Below are positions 1-7,330 of a DNA stretch of 64,000 nt, piece by piece. The first letter of the stretch is position 1. Each line of letters opens with the position of its first letter. A model generated the notes under the pieces. The model made no database searches. It was given only the letters and a program-made list of their open reading frames with translations, and was not told the DNA's origin. A program made the translations under genes and the position numbers. Source of the stretch: a virus; IMG/VR virus record IMGVR_UViG_3300009370_002293, positions 1 through 64,000 of that record; one strand, 5' to 3'.

Positions 1-63
1 CTTAAAAAAGTCAACCCCTAAAATGAAAAAAAGTAAAAAAGTTTTTTGGGATTTTGCTTGAAG

Positions 64-96
64 TTGGCACGGAATGGGCAGCCCACCGCGTGCCAA
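64..96. repeat. 33-bp palindromic element copy 1 (TTGGCACG-N4-GGGC-W-GCCS-N4-CGTGCCAA), two convergent sigma54-like GG-N10-GC sites
   Basis: ttggcacggaatgggcagcccaccgcgtgccaa; one of 5 copies. Confidence 0.9.
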
Positions 97-118
97 AAGT
101 CAAGCGGTGACCGTAATG

Positions 119-322
119 TTAACCTGTCACCTTGGCGACGTGTGCCGCCATGCGACGAACTAGTGCCGCCTCATCGGGCTTCAGGAACGGCCCATGGATG
201 GCCTCAAGGGCTTCCCAGCGTTCGCGCTCCTCGTTGCCCCGTTCCCACTCGCGATGCTCGATCTCGGCGGCGATATCGGGGGTGATGGTTTCTTCGATTG
301 TTGGCATCATGTCGTTCATCAT
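119..322 (-). CDS. hypothetical early protein (MMND start)
   Basis: ORF with TTGACC promoter directly upstream, leaderless. Confidence 0.7.
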   Translation of the reverse strand: MMNDMMPTIEETITPDIAAEIEHREWERGNEERERWEALEAIHGPFLKPDEAALVRRMAAHVAKVTG

Positions 323-378
323 GAGAGTATTAAATCAGAAATTCGGCGGGAGGTCAATAGCAGAATCCAAAAAGTTAT

Positions 379-819
379 TCACAGGGAGCAAAGCTCCCCG
401 ATGGTGAACGATGGGGAGGGCTTCAGTGCCTCCTTAACGGCGGCGGTGTGTTCACCCTCAAGCTGCCGCTGATACTCCTCCTCGGCCCTGTCGGCTTCGT
501 CCTGTGCGCGGATGTCTTCGTAGGCCATTCTGGCCTGCCGGTCGAGCCTCACGATTTCGGCCTTTAACTCGGCCTCTGTGGTGGGCATTTCAGGCCAATA
601 AGGCTTGTAGCCGTCAGCCTCCCGAATTGCCTCATGGCGGTCACACGCGGCCAGATACCAATCTAGCTGCAAGGGGGTGTGGATGCCGTACTCGGCCCAA
701 TGGTCGAGGTCTTCAACGAGGGTGGTGGCCCAACGGCCCTCCCCTGCGTTCACCCACGCGAGGGTCTTGGCGTTGCGGTCTGCGAGGTAGGCGGCGAGGT
801 CTTTGCTGTCGTTCATCAT
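379..819 (-). CDS. hypothetical early protein (MMND start)
   Basis: ORF; start moved to 819, 6 nt after TATAGT of a TTGACT promoter. Confidence 0.75.
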   Translation of the reverse strand: MMNDSKDLAAYLADRNAKTLAWVNAGEGRWATTLVEDLDHWAEYGIHTPLQLDWYLAACDRHEAIREADGYKPYWPEMPTTEAELKAEIVRLDRQARMAYEDIRAQDEADRAEEEYQRQLEGEHTAAVKEALKPSPSFTIGELCSL

Positions 820-825
820 GGGAAT

Positions 826-853
826 ACTATACCACATTTTTTAAAAAAGTCAA
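826..853 (-). promoter_or_regulatory. sigma70-type early promoter, leaderless
   Basis: TTGACT-N16-TATAGT with TGTG extended -10 and upstream A/T tracts; near-identical upstream block at 1-96. Confidence 0.75.
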
Positions 854-903
854 CCCCTAAAACGAAAAAAAATAAAAAAAAATTTTGTTTTTTTTACTTG
901 AAG

Positions 904-936
904 TTGGCACGGAATGGGCAGCCGCCCGCGTGCCAA
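904..936. repeat. 33-bp palindromic element copy 2
   Basis: ttggcacggaatgggcagccgcccgcgtgccaa. Confidence 0.9.
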
Positions 937-943
937 AGTAAAG

Positions 944-990
944 AAAAAAAGAGGGCGCGAGGGAAACAACAAAAACCTCGCACCCCCTTT
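944..990 (-). terminator. intrinsic terminator
   Basis: GGGGGTGCGAGG..CCTCGCGCCCTC stem followed by T7 on the minus strand, after ORF 1000-1260. Confidence 0.7.
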
Positions 991-999
991 ACCACCGCG

Positions 1000-1260
1000 T
1001 CAAATACTCTCTGCGTTTGCTGGACGAGGAAGAGGGGGCAAACCCAAACGCATGGTTGCGTTTTCGGATTCTTCCTTGTAAGATTTTACCTCTTCATCAC
1101 TAGCTAGCCGCAGGTAACGCACTGGCGTAGCTTGCAATGATTCTTTATGATGTTGCGTCCATAGCCGCGCCCCATTAATTGACCCAATTGCCCTTTCTAC
1201 TCTCCCAGCCGCCACATTAAAATACAGCGACCCGTTTTGAATTTTTTTGGTGGTTTTCAT
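1000..1260 (-). CDS. hypothetical protein
   Basis: ORF, ATG start at 1260 downstream of TTGACC. Confidence 0.7.
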   Translation of the reverse strand: MKTTKKIQNGSLYFNVAAGRVERAIGSINGARLWTQHHKESLQATPVRYLRLASDEEVKSYKEESENATMRLGLPPLPRPANAESI

Positions 1261-1377
1261 GTCTTTTATGATTGTCTGTTTTTTTTGATTAGGGGTCAAG
1301 TGTTAATTGCCCCGCGTAATGTCTACTACAATCCACATCGCTAATGCTATTAATACTATAGAAACGCAAAGCATGGT

Positions 1378-1557
1378 TTACTGTTCCAAAAAATGTTTCA
1401 AAACAATAAGCTGCCCTTGTTTGATTTTATAAAGGCGATAGGCCTCGGCCTTGGCCTTGGCGTGAGATACGCCAAGTTTCTTTTGGGCTTTGATGTGGTT
1501 GGTAACTTCGGCGGCTTTAACCGCATTCCGAGCTTGGTAGGTTTTATATGTTTTCAT
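1378..1557 (-). CDS. hypothetical basic protein (59 aa)
   Basis: hand translation MKTYKTYQARNAVKAAEV...KHFLEQ. Confidence 0.6.
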   Translation of the reverse strand: MKTYKTYQARNAVKAAEVTNHIKAQKKLGVSHAKAKAEAYRLYKIKQGQLIVLKHFLEQ

Positions 1558-1660
1558 GGTTTTTTTTTAGTTAAAGTTTTGCGTAGGCCGCTACCTCTCA
1601 CGGGCGTTTAATGTTCTTCACCTACGCATTCATTGATTATGATTAATTTTTTAAGATAAG

Positions 1661-1873
1661 TCAATTCCTTTTTGCAACTTTTTGTTGGTAAATAGAAATC
1701 AAATCTTCCAACACCATTTGCCGTGTGCCTGACAAATGAAATTCTTCTTTCGCAAGAGAGTGACAAGAACGGCCTTTCTTTTTCATGCCTAGCATTTCAA
1801 GTTTAATACCTTGGCAAAGCGTTTTAATTCTGAAAAGTTCAATTTCTTCAATAGAGTCGTAAGCAATCATCAT
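1661..1873 (-). CDS. hypothetical protein
   Basis: ORF coupled to the upstream gene (ATGA overlap). Confidence 0.65.
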   Translation of the reverse strand: MMIAYDSIEEIELFRIKTLCQGIKLEMLGMKKKGRSCHSLAKEEFHLSGTRQMVLEDLISIYQQKVAKRN

Positions 1874-2133
1874 AGTTTTTTAATAGTGTTTATCCAGTTC
1901 TCAACGTCACTTTCATTTTGCCAACCTTTAACAGTATCGCCCCACTCAGCAGGGTCAACCATGTGATTGTTAAAGAAGCAACCAATTTCATACATACCCT
2001 TTTCGCTACCGTAAGAAAACTTGTGCTTCACCACGGAAACATCGTAGCCATTAGGTAATTCTACATAAGCCTGAATCGCACCCTCTCCGTGCGTATCAGA
2101 TATGTCGTCAAATTTCAAATCTTCAAATTTCAT
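1870..2133 (-). CDS. hypothetical phage protein
   Basis: ORF in an overlapping operon. Confidence 0.75.
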   Translation of the reverse strand: MKFEDLKFDDISDTHGEGAIQAYVELPNGYDVSVVKHKFSYGSEKGMYEIGCFFNNHMVDPAEWGDTVKGWQNESDVENWINTIKKL

Positions 2134-2297
2134 ACTTCAATGAGCTTCTGTGTTTCAGTCGGGTTTTTTCCTTTTCTTATGAGGTGAACGTCAAAAGTAA
2201 AAGCGTTCAGCATATCGGTTGGGTCTGCGCCTTTCGCGGATGCCATTGCTAACAATGCGAGGCAAATATCTAATTGTTTTGATTCTTTAGTTGTCAT
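2130..2297 (-). CDS. hypothetical protein
   Basis: ORF in operon, start MTTKESK. Confidence 0.55.
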   Translation of the reverse strand: MTTKESKQLDICLALLAMASAKGADPTDMLNAFTFDVHLIRKGKNPTETQKLIEV

Positions 2298-2298
2298 T

Positions 2299-2595
2299 TT
2301 ACATTTCCGAATAAGTTCCGTCATAAGGGTTTGGCTCGTAATACTCTTGAGAGCTTACCTCGTAATCATAACCATAAGTTTCTTCGTAGCTCATTGGCAC
2401 AGCCGTCTCTTGGTCACTTTGCCATATCGCTTGGTCGTCTTTGCTGGAGTAAATCTCACAAAGGGCATTACCTTGAGCTTCGGCGGCTTCGGCCAAAAGG
2501 TCGTTGTATGTTTCGCGAGTGTGAGGGCCGGTAGCGATCAGTTGATCGTCAATCCAAAGGGTGTAGGTTTCTTTTTTTAATGGTTCTGCGTTCAT
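2299..2595 (-). CDS. hypothetical acidic protein
   Basis: ORF with GGAG RBS. Confidence 0.7.
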   Translation of the reverse strand: MNAEPLKKETYTLWIDDQLIATGPHTRETYNDLLAEAAEAQGNALCEIYSSKDDQAIWQSDQETAVPMSYEETYGYDYEVSSQEYYEPNPYDGTYSEM

Positions 2596-2611
2596 GTTTT
2601 GGTTCTCCAGT

Positions 2612-2866
2612 TTAACAAAAGTTGTTGTAGCCTGACTCTCCGAATGTTTGGCCGTTACGATGAATTACTTTTGGTTCATCATCTTTCACAACCTCAAGGC
2701 TGCCAACAGTGTTTCCGTTTATGTCTGCGATGCCAATAAACGTGCCAAGGTTCGGGCCGTTTATGTATTCGATGTCGTCCGCTAGGTTGCGAAAGATTCT
2801 TGCTAACTCAAGCGGGTTTTGCTCGAACGCATCGTTGTTCATTTTGATTTCTAGCTTTGCTTTCAT
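2612..2866 (-). CDS. hypothetical protein
   Basis: ATG 7 nt after a TTGACA..TATAAT promoter. Confidence 0.7.
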   Translation of the reverse strand: MKAKLEIKMNNDAFEQNPLELARIFRNLADDIEYINGPNLGTFIGIADINGNTVGSLEVVKDDEPKVIHRNGQTFGESGYNNFC

Positions 2867-2904
2867 GGCGTTGATTATATCAGATTGGTTAAAGTTGTCA
2901 AGGT

Positions 2905-3156
2905 TTAATATCCTTCGTAACCGTCGAAATGTGAGCATCCCTGCCAATCGTCAGTGTTTTCGTAAATAAAATCTTCAGCGCAAGCCTCTACCATGTTTTT
3001 GTAGTCGGCGGGATGGTTGGCAATGTCCGCGTCCCAATAATCAGCGAAACGAAAATCGGGCAAATCGTGAATGCTAAAGCCTAGCTGGGACTCGACAGTA
3101 AGGTTTACGTCATTAAGAAATGTGCTGTAGGTTGCTTTCTTCGTGTCGTTCATCAT
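2905..3156 (-). CDS. hypothetical early protein (MMND start)
   Basis: ORF with own TTGACA promoter. Confidence 0.7.
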   Translation of the reverse strand: MMNDTKKATYSTFLNDVNLTVESQLGFSIHDLPDFRFADYWDADIANHPADYKNMVEACAEDFIYENTDDWQGCSHFDGYEGY

Positions 3157-3194
3157 GTGTTTATAGTCTCAAAAATTCGGATTGTTGTCAATGA

Positions 3195-3473
3195 TTAGTT
3201 TGGATTGATTTCACGGTCATCCACAAAGCTATTCCAGAAAGGCAAACGGGCGAGCGTCTCCGTGCCTTGTTCGGTTACTTTGACCAGTGATAAACCGAGA
3301 CGTTGACGACGGTGTGCGTTCATGCCATGATTGATGTCCTCGATGGGGTAAGGGTGAAAGGTGTGGTCTGCGTATGTAAACCGTGCGTGAGTTGCCCCTG
3401 CTGCCACGGCGTCAGCGTACTGCTTCCAATTGTCTGGCGTAAGTTCTTTAAGTAGGTTCTTCATGTCGTTCAT
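3195..3473 (-). CDS. hypothetical early protein (MND start)
   Basis: ORF with TTGACT..TATAGT promoter. Confidence 0.7.
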   Translation of the reverse strand: MNDMKNLLKELTPDNWKQYADAVAAGATHARFTYADHTFHPYPIEDINHGMNAHRRQRLGLSLVKVTEQGTETLARLPFWNSFVDDREINPN

Positions 3474-3560
3474 CTTGGTAATACTATAACAGATTTCTTA
3501 AAAAAGTCAAGGGGTAAAATGCATTTTTTTGAAAAATTTTTTTGTGAATCTTGTTGTGTT

Positions 3561-3593
3561 TTGGCACGGGATGGGCTGCCCGCCGCGTGCCAA
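3561..3593. repeat. 33-bp palindromic element copy 3
   Basis: ttggcacgggatgggctgcccgccgcgtgccaa. Confidence 0.9.
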
Positions 3594-3611
3594 ATATACA
3601 ATTAAAATAGT

Positions 3612-3839
3612 TTAATAATTATCAAAGGTGAATGTTTTGCACTCGTCAAAAGAATAAATCTCCCGAACGATTCCCTGATAATTAATTACCTTGAAAACAT
3701 AGAAGGTTGCACCGCCACGCTGGTGGTATAACGGCGCGGTAAAATTATGACGAGCGATAATGGAATGCAATACGCCATCAATCGTCATAAACTCGCCATC
3801 GTGAAGTTCAACCGTGGGTTTGTTTTTTATGTTTTTCAT
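3612..3839 (-). CDS. hypothetical protein
   Basis: ORF. Confidence 0.6.
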   Translation of the reverse strand: MKNIKNKPTVELHDGEFMTIDGVLHSIIARHNFTAPLYHQRGGATFYVFKVINYQGIVREIYSFDECKTFTFDNY

Positions 3840-3982
3840 TTGATTAAATAATTCCCCCTTCACCCTACCTCTTTAGTTTTACTCATCACGCTGTCTTGCT
3901 CATGGCGTGTAACCATCTCATTCCGCTCAAGCGTAGGTTTTTAAACTTAAAGGTTTTACCTTTCGGGTGAAGGGGGTTAGCC

Positions 3983-4864
3983 CTACTCTGTTACAGTAAT
4001 TTGAACATCCTTCGGCTCTTCCACAAACGTGGTAAAAGCCTTTGGGTCTTGCGTCACCTTGTACAAACGCCGAGTCACTTGCGTAGTTGCACGATTCGCC
4101 AACTCAAAACGATCACCTTGCACCTCGTGGGTTAAAAATTGGGTGCTGGCATTCAAAAGGTTGTAAATGTTTCTTTCGTGATCGTTTTCATGGGTTGGGT
4201 TGTTCCAAATTTTAGAGATACCCTCCCGATGCACTTCAGAAATAACATTTTTCTTTACAAGATTGTGAAGAATGTAAAGCCCTTGCTCTTGGGTGATTTC
4301 CTTTTCGGCCATTTGGCTATATATGTTATTAGGATTTGCAAAAGCCCGAAACGATTCCACCGCTTTCATCATTGCATCTTGAATGAAATCCAAATTTAAT
4401 TTGTTGGAATGTTTTTTGGTGAATGCGAAATCTTGTTCGGTTCCCACCATTCCGTTGGTGCAAAGCAGACGCAAAATGCCGCCCACCGTGGAAATTTTGG
4501 TAGACCGATCAAATGAATTGTTCACGTCTAAACGCAAGCCCATTTCATCGCCCACCTTGGGAAGTTTAATCGTCTCATCCTTGAACGTGTAACGTCCATA
4601 GACACGCGCACCACCACGAGCAACAATAATCTCCTCATCATAATCACCCAAGTCATTCAAGCCCTTCAAAGCTTCCCGAACGGTATCAAACAACTCCGCG
4701 TTGTTAACGATGCCATAATCCTTGGTGACTGGTGAAAGCACCGCCCCAGTGTCTAATCGACGGGTGCATTTCAAACCGCTTTTTTTGCCGTCAGCGGTAA
4801 ACAGGTCTTCCATGACAACGGTGTAATCATAATCAGAGGAGGTCGGTTGTGTAGTTCTAGCCAT
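3983..4864 (-). CDS. DUF932-family phage/plasmid protein
   Basis: Y.IVNN.ELF, NSFDRS, RLLCTNGM and K.H motifs. Confidence 0.8.
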   Translation of the reverse strand: MARTTQPTSSDYDYTVVMEDLFTADGKKSGLKCTRRLDTGAVLSPVTKDYGIVNNAELFDTVREALKGLNDLGDYDEEIIVARGGARVYGRYTFKDETIKLPKVGDEMGLRLDVNNSFDRSTKISTVGGILRLLCTNGMVGTEQDFAFTKKHSNKLNLDFIQDAMMKAVESFRAFANPNNIYSQMAEKEITQEQGLYILHNLVKKNVISEVHREGISKIWNNPTHENDHERNIYNLLNASTQFLTHEVQGDRFELANRATTQVTRRLYKVTQDPKAFTTFVEEPKDVQITVTE

Positions 4865-4932
4865 TTTTTTTCTTTCGGTTTAGTGTTAACTGTTTTTTGA
4901 TTATCGTTTAATTTTTTTATAAAGTCAAGCTT

Positions 4933-5106
4933 TTACCACGTCCATTTGCCATTGATTAACGCTGGGCCTTGAGGTGGTTGGATTTTGTGACCATAAGGTA
5001 ACGCGGCCTTTGCTTGGGTGGTTACGTTTTTGATTGTGTCCTTGTCCTGTTTAATGCTCACCAAAATAGCGGTGAGAGGTTTTTCGGATTGTTTTTTGTT
5101 TTTCAT
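4933..5106 (-). CDS. hypothetical protein
   Basis: ORF. Confidence 0.5.
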   Translation of the reverse strand: MKNKKQSEKPLTAILVSIKQDKDTIKNVTTQAKAALPYGHKIQPPQGPALINGKWTW

Positions 5107-5113
5107 AATTTTT

Positions 5114-5272
5114 TTAATACTGGTCAATTTGATCAATGGTTAAGCCTAGATGCAAGCCATCTTCGTCGATGCACCAAAAGGTTTCTCCGTCAATTTCGTC
5201 AACGATTAACAGACTGAATCCGTAACGGACTTCGTCTCCAACTTTGATTTGTTTTTCTTTCATTTTCATCAT
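5114..5272 (-). CDS. hypothetical protein (52 aa)
   Basis: hand translation MMKMKEKQIKVGDEVRYG...; ATG 6 nt after TATACT. Confidence 0.65.
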   Translation of the reverse strand: MMKMKEKQIKVGDEVRYGFSLLIVDEIDGETFWCIDEDGLHLGLTIDQIDQY

Positions 5273-5292
5273 GCGATTAGTATATCACAAGG

Positions 5293-5315
5293 GGTAGGAC
5301 ATCCGCAGTCCTACC
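5293..5315 (-). promoter_or_regulatory. palindromic operator over -35, copy 1
   Basis: GGTAGGAC-TGCGGAT-GTCCTACC, then TG-N-TATACT-N6-ATG. Confidence 0.75.
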
Positions 5316-5433
5316 AATTTTTTTTCTGATGTTTTTCTTTGCGACGAAAAGAGCCCTTGCCCTTTTTGGTTTTATGCTGACGCACCGCGCTCCCCATAAA
5401 TCCCTGCTTGTTCACTCGTGTTTTAATTTTCAT
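5311..5433 (-). CDS. ArfA-like small basic protein (40 aa)
   Basis: MKIKTRVNKQGFMGSAVRQHKTKKGKGSFRRKEKHQKKNW; KKGKGS-aromatic-xRKxKH motif as in ArfA. Confidence 0.6.
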   Translation of the reverse strand: MKIKTRVNKQGFMGSAVRQHKTKKGKGSFRRKEKHQKKNW

Positions 5434-5517
5434 GAGGTGAGTTTCTCATAATTTCCAAAAAAAAGCAATCACAAAATAATGTTTTTTTTCACAGCTGTGA
5501 ATGTTTTTTGTTTGACA

Positions 5518-5550
5518 TTGGCACGCGGGGGGCTGCCCGATCCGTGCCAA
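5518..5550. repeat. 33-bp palindromic element copy 4 (inverted relative to the others)
   Basis: ttggcacgcggggggctgcccgatccgtgccaa. Confidence 0.9.
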
Positions 5551-5574
5551 CTATACAAATAAAATATTTTTTTA

Positions 5575-6000
5575 TTACTTTTTATATAGTTCTCCAGTGG
5601 TGCTAGGTTCGGGTAGAAAAGCCCACACCCCATCCCTCCGAATCTCAATGAACCACGCTTCTGTTACGGAAACCGATTCATTGTTTACCAAAACAAAAGT
5701 CTTATGTTTATAAGGATTATAAGTAATTCTCTGCCACTCGTGGGATTCGATGCCTGTGCTGTAATCATCAATCAGAGACTCCCGCATTCTCATGCCTTGA
5801 ATGTAAGCGTGAACATTTTTCCGCATTTCATCACGCACACGCTGATTACCTTTCGGGCCAACCCTCAAGACAGGACGAGACAATGCGATTTCTGTGACGT
5901 GATCCACAACGATACCTTTTTCATCACGAACACTGTAAACCGCCGTGCCTTCTTTGGTGGTCTTGTGTAAGTTGCGATATACTTGGACTTGATTTTTCAT
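5575..6000 (-). CDS. conserved hypothetical phage protein
   Basis: VYRNLHK..RKNVHAY..ITYNPYK pattern. Confidence 0.75.
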   Translation of the reverse strand: MKNQVQVYRNLHKTTKEGTAVYSVRDEKGIVVDHVTEIALSRPVLRVGPKGNQRVRDEMRKNVHAYIQGMRMRESLIDDYSTGIESHEWQRITYNPYKHKTFVLVNNESVSVTEAWFIEIRRDGVWAFLPEPSTTGELYKK

Positions 6001-6002
6001 TT

Positions 6003-6314
6003 TTAGCGATATTGGCAAACCTGTTTGAAAACGGGCTGACTGCGATGCCCTTCAAAATAAGCGGGACTCATGCAAGTGACTTCCTCGCGATGAGTTTCCA
6101 CGAATGTCGCGCCAATGGTGTAGCCTGTCCACGCACGACTAGTTTGTTGACCGCCGATTTTTTTAACGGCGTCCGCTTGCGCGATGATAAATTCAACCGT
6201 GCCAACTTCGGCGGCTGTACTAAAGTGAGCGCAAACTTTTTCGGTGGCGTAATGCTTTGCGGTGGGTTTAATCTCCATTGCATGGAGTTCGGTGTAGTAG
6301 TGTTTTTTTTCCAT
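6003..6314 (-). CDS. hypothetical protein
   Basis: ORF in operon. Confidence 0.65.
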   Translation of the reverse strand: MEKKHYYTELHAMEIKPTAKHYATEKVCAHFSTAAEVGTVEFIIAQADAVKKIGGQQTSRAWTGYTIGATFVETHREEVTCMSPAYFEGHRSQPVFKQVCQYR

Positions 6315-6450
6315 AATCTTTTAGTTAGTAAGTGCTAGAGCGATGATAGCGACTAGCAAAAGAGTTGCGGTGTAGGTTACGCTTACAATAGCAAGCACAG
6401 TGTCATAGTTTAGTTTTTTGTTCATAATCTTAATGTTCTCCTGATCTTCT

Positions 6451-6708
6451 TTAATTATCATAATGAAATTGTATCATACAGGGTGGGACATCCGCAGTCC
6501 CACCAAAATCTTTTTCAATTTTTTCGTGTAACATCCAAACAGGGTGAATGGTAACAATTTTGGGAAGGTCATCCCAACGAACGGCCAATCGTCCGTTCAC
6601 GTGCATTCGCGGGGTATCCAATAACCATGCCACCGTGCCAACCTTTGAGGGGTTGCGATAGTGATAAACACGTTGGCCAATGTGTGCCTTGTTCATTTTG
6701 ATCTTCAT
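6451..6708 (-). CDS. hypothetical protein
   Basis: ATG 6 nt after TATAAT. Confidence 0.65.
   Translation of the reverse strand: MKIKMNKAHIGQRVYHYRNPSKVGTVAWLLDTPRMHVNGRLAVRWDDLPKIVTIHPVWMLHEKIEKDFGGTADVPPCMIQFHYDN
6482..6504 (-). promoter_or_regulatory. palindromic operator over -35, copy 2
   Basis: GGTGGGAC-TGCGGAT-GTCCCACC, then TG-N-TACAAT-N6-ATG. Confidence 0.75.
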
Positions 6709-6727
6709 GCGTCTATTATATCAGGCG

Positions 6728-6750
6728 GGTGAGACATCCGCTGTCCTACC
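6728..6750 (-). promoter_or_regulatory. palindromic operator over -35, copy 3
   Basis: GGTAGGAC-AGCGGAT-GTCTCACC, then TG-N-TATAAT-N6-ATG. Confidence 0.75.
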
Positions 6751-6977
6751 TAAAACTTTTCTACAAAAAATTCTTCGCCCACACACTCAAGGTGGAATTC
6801 GTGTTTTGGTAACCAGCCAAGCCAACCGTCAGAGGCACGCAGCAACCATGTTCTAGCTCCATCAATAGCCTCTTCTACCATAAAGCCATTTGCACCATGC
6901 TCGCGGATACGGTTCTTAGTGCGCTGCGTAGCTTTAGCGTTGGGGCTGATTAGAATCCTCTGTCCTTTAATCTTCAT
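6750..6977 (-). CDS. hypothetical protein
   Basis: start MKIKGQR, 6 nt after TACCAT. Confidence 0.65.
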   Translation of the reverse strand: MKIKGQRILISPNAKATQRTKNRIREHGANGFMVEEAIDGARTWLLRASDGWLGWLPKHEFHLECVGEEFFVEKF

Positions 6978-6997
6978 GCGTACATGGTAACATAGAG

Positions 6998-7020
6998 CGT
7001 GGGACATCCGCAGTCCTACC
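6998..7020 (-). promoter_or_regulatory. palindromic operator over -35, copy 4
   Basis: GGTAGGAC-TGCGGAT-GTCCCACG, then TG-N-TACCAT-N6-ATG. Confidence 0.75.
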
Positions 7021-7054
7021 AAAAAAAACTTTTTGGCCCTTGAGGGGTTGACTT

Positions 7055-7087
7055 TTGGCACGGGATGGGCTGCCCGCCGCGTGCCAA
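7055..7087. repeat. 33-bp palindromic element copy 5
   Basis: identical to copy 3. Confidence 0.9.
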
Positions 7088-7123
7088 TTACAAGCTTTTA
7101 ATACTAATTTTTTTATAGTAATT

Positions 7124-7330
7124 TCAGTTGCTATTAAATTCGCTGGCTATGGTATGCAATGTTTCACTAGGGTTTTTTGAATTAAAAAGAATTTCGTTCA
7201 GTTCTTTAAAACCATCAAACTCTCTTTCGCCAAGCTTTAGCCATCGACCCTCAAATTCATTTTGGCCGAACCACACAAAAGTTTCACGAGTGTTTTCGTT
7301 TTGAATAACGCAATAAGGATTATGTTTCAT
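7124..7330 (-). CDS. hypothetical protein
   Basis: ORF overlapping the upstream stop. Confidence 0.65.
   Translation of the reverse strand: MKHNPYCVIQNENTRETFVWFGQNEFEGRWLKLGEREFDGFKELNEILFNSKNPSETLHTIASEFNSN

Noticed and set aside
64-7087. 33-bp palindromes as a CRISPR array
   Set aside because: Copies are 0.8-2.7 kb apart with genes between them, and there are no cas genes.
64-7087. 33-bp palindromes as integron attC sites or ordinary terminators
   Set aside because: No RYYYAAC/GTTRRRY cores and no integrase in the window; no consistent U-tract, and copy 2 already has a separate terminator at 944-990.
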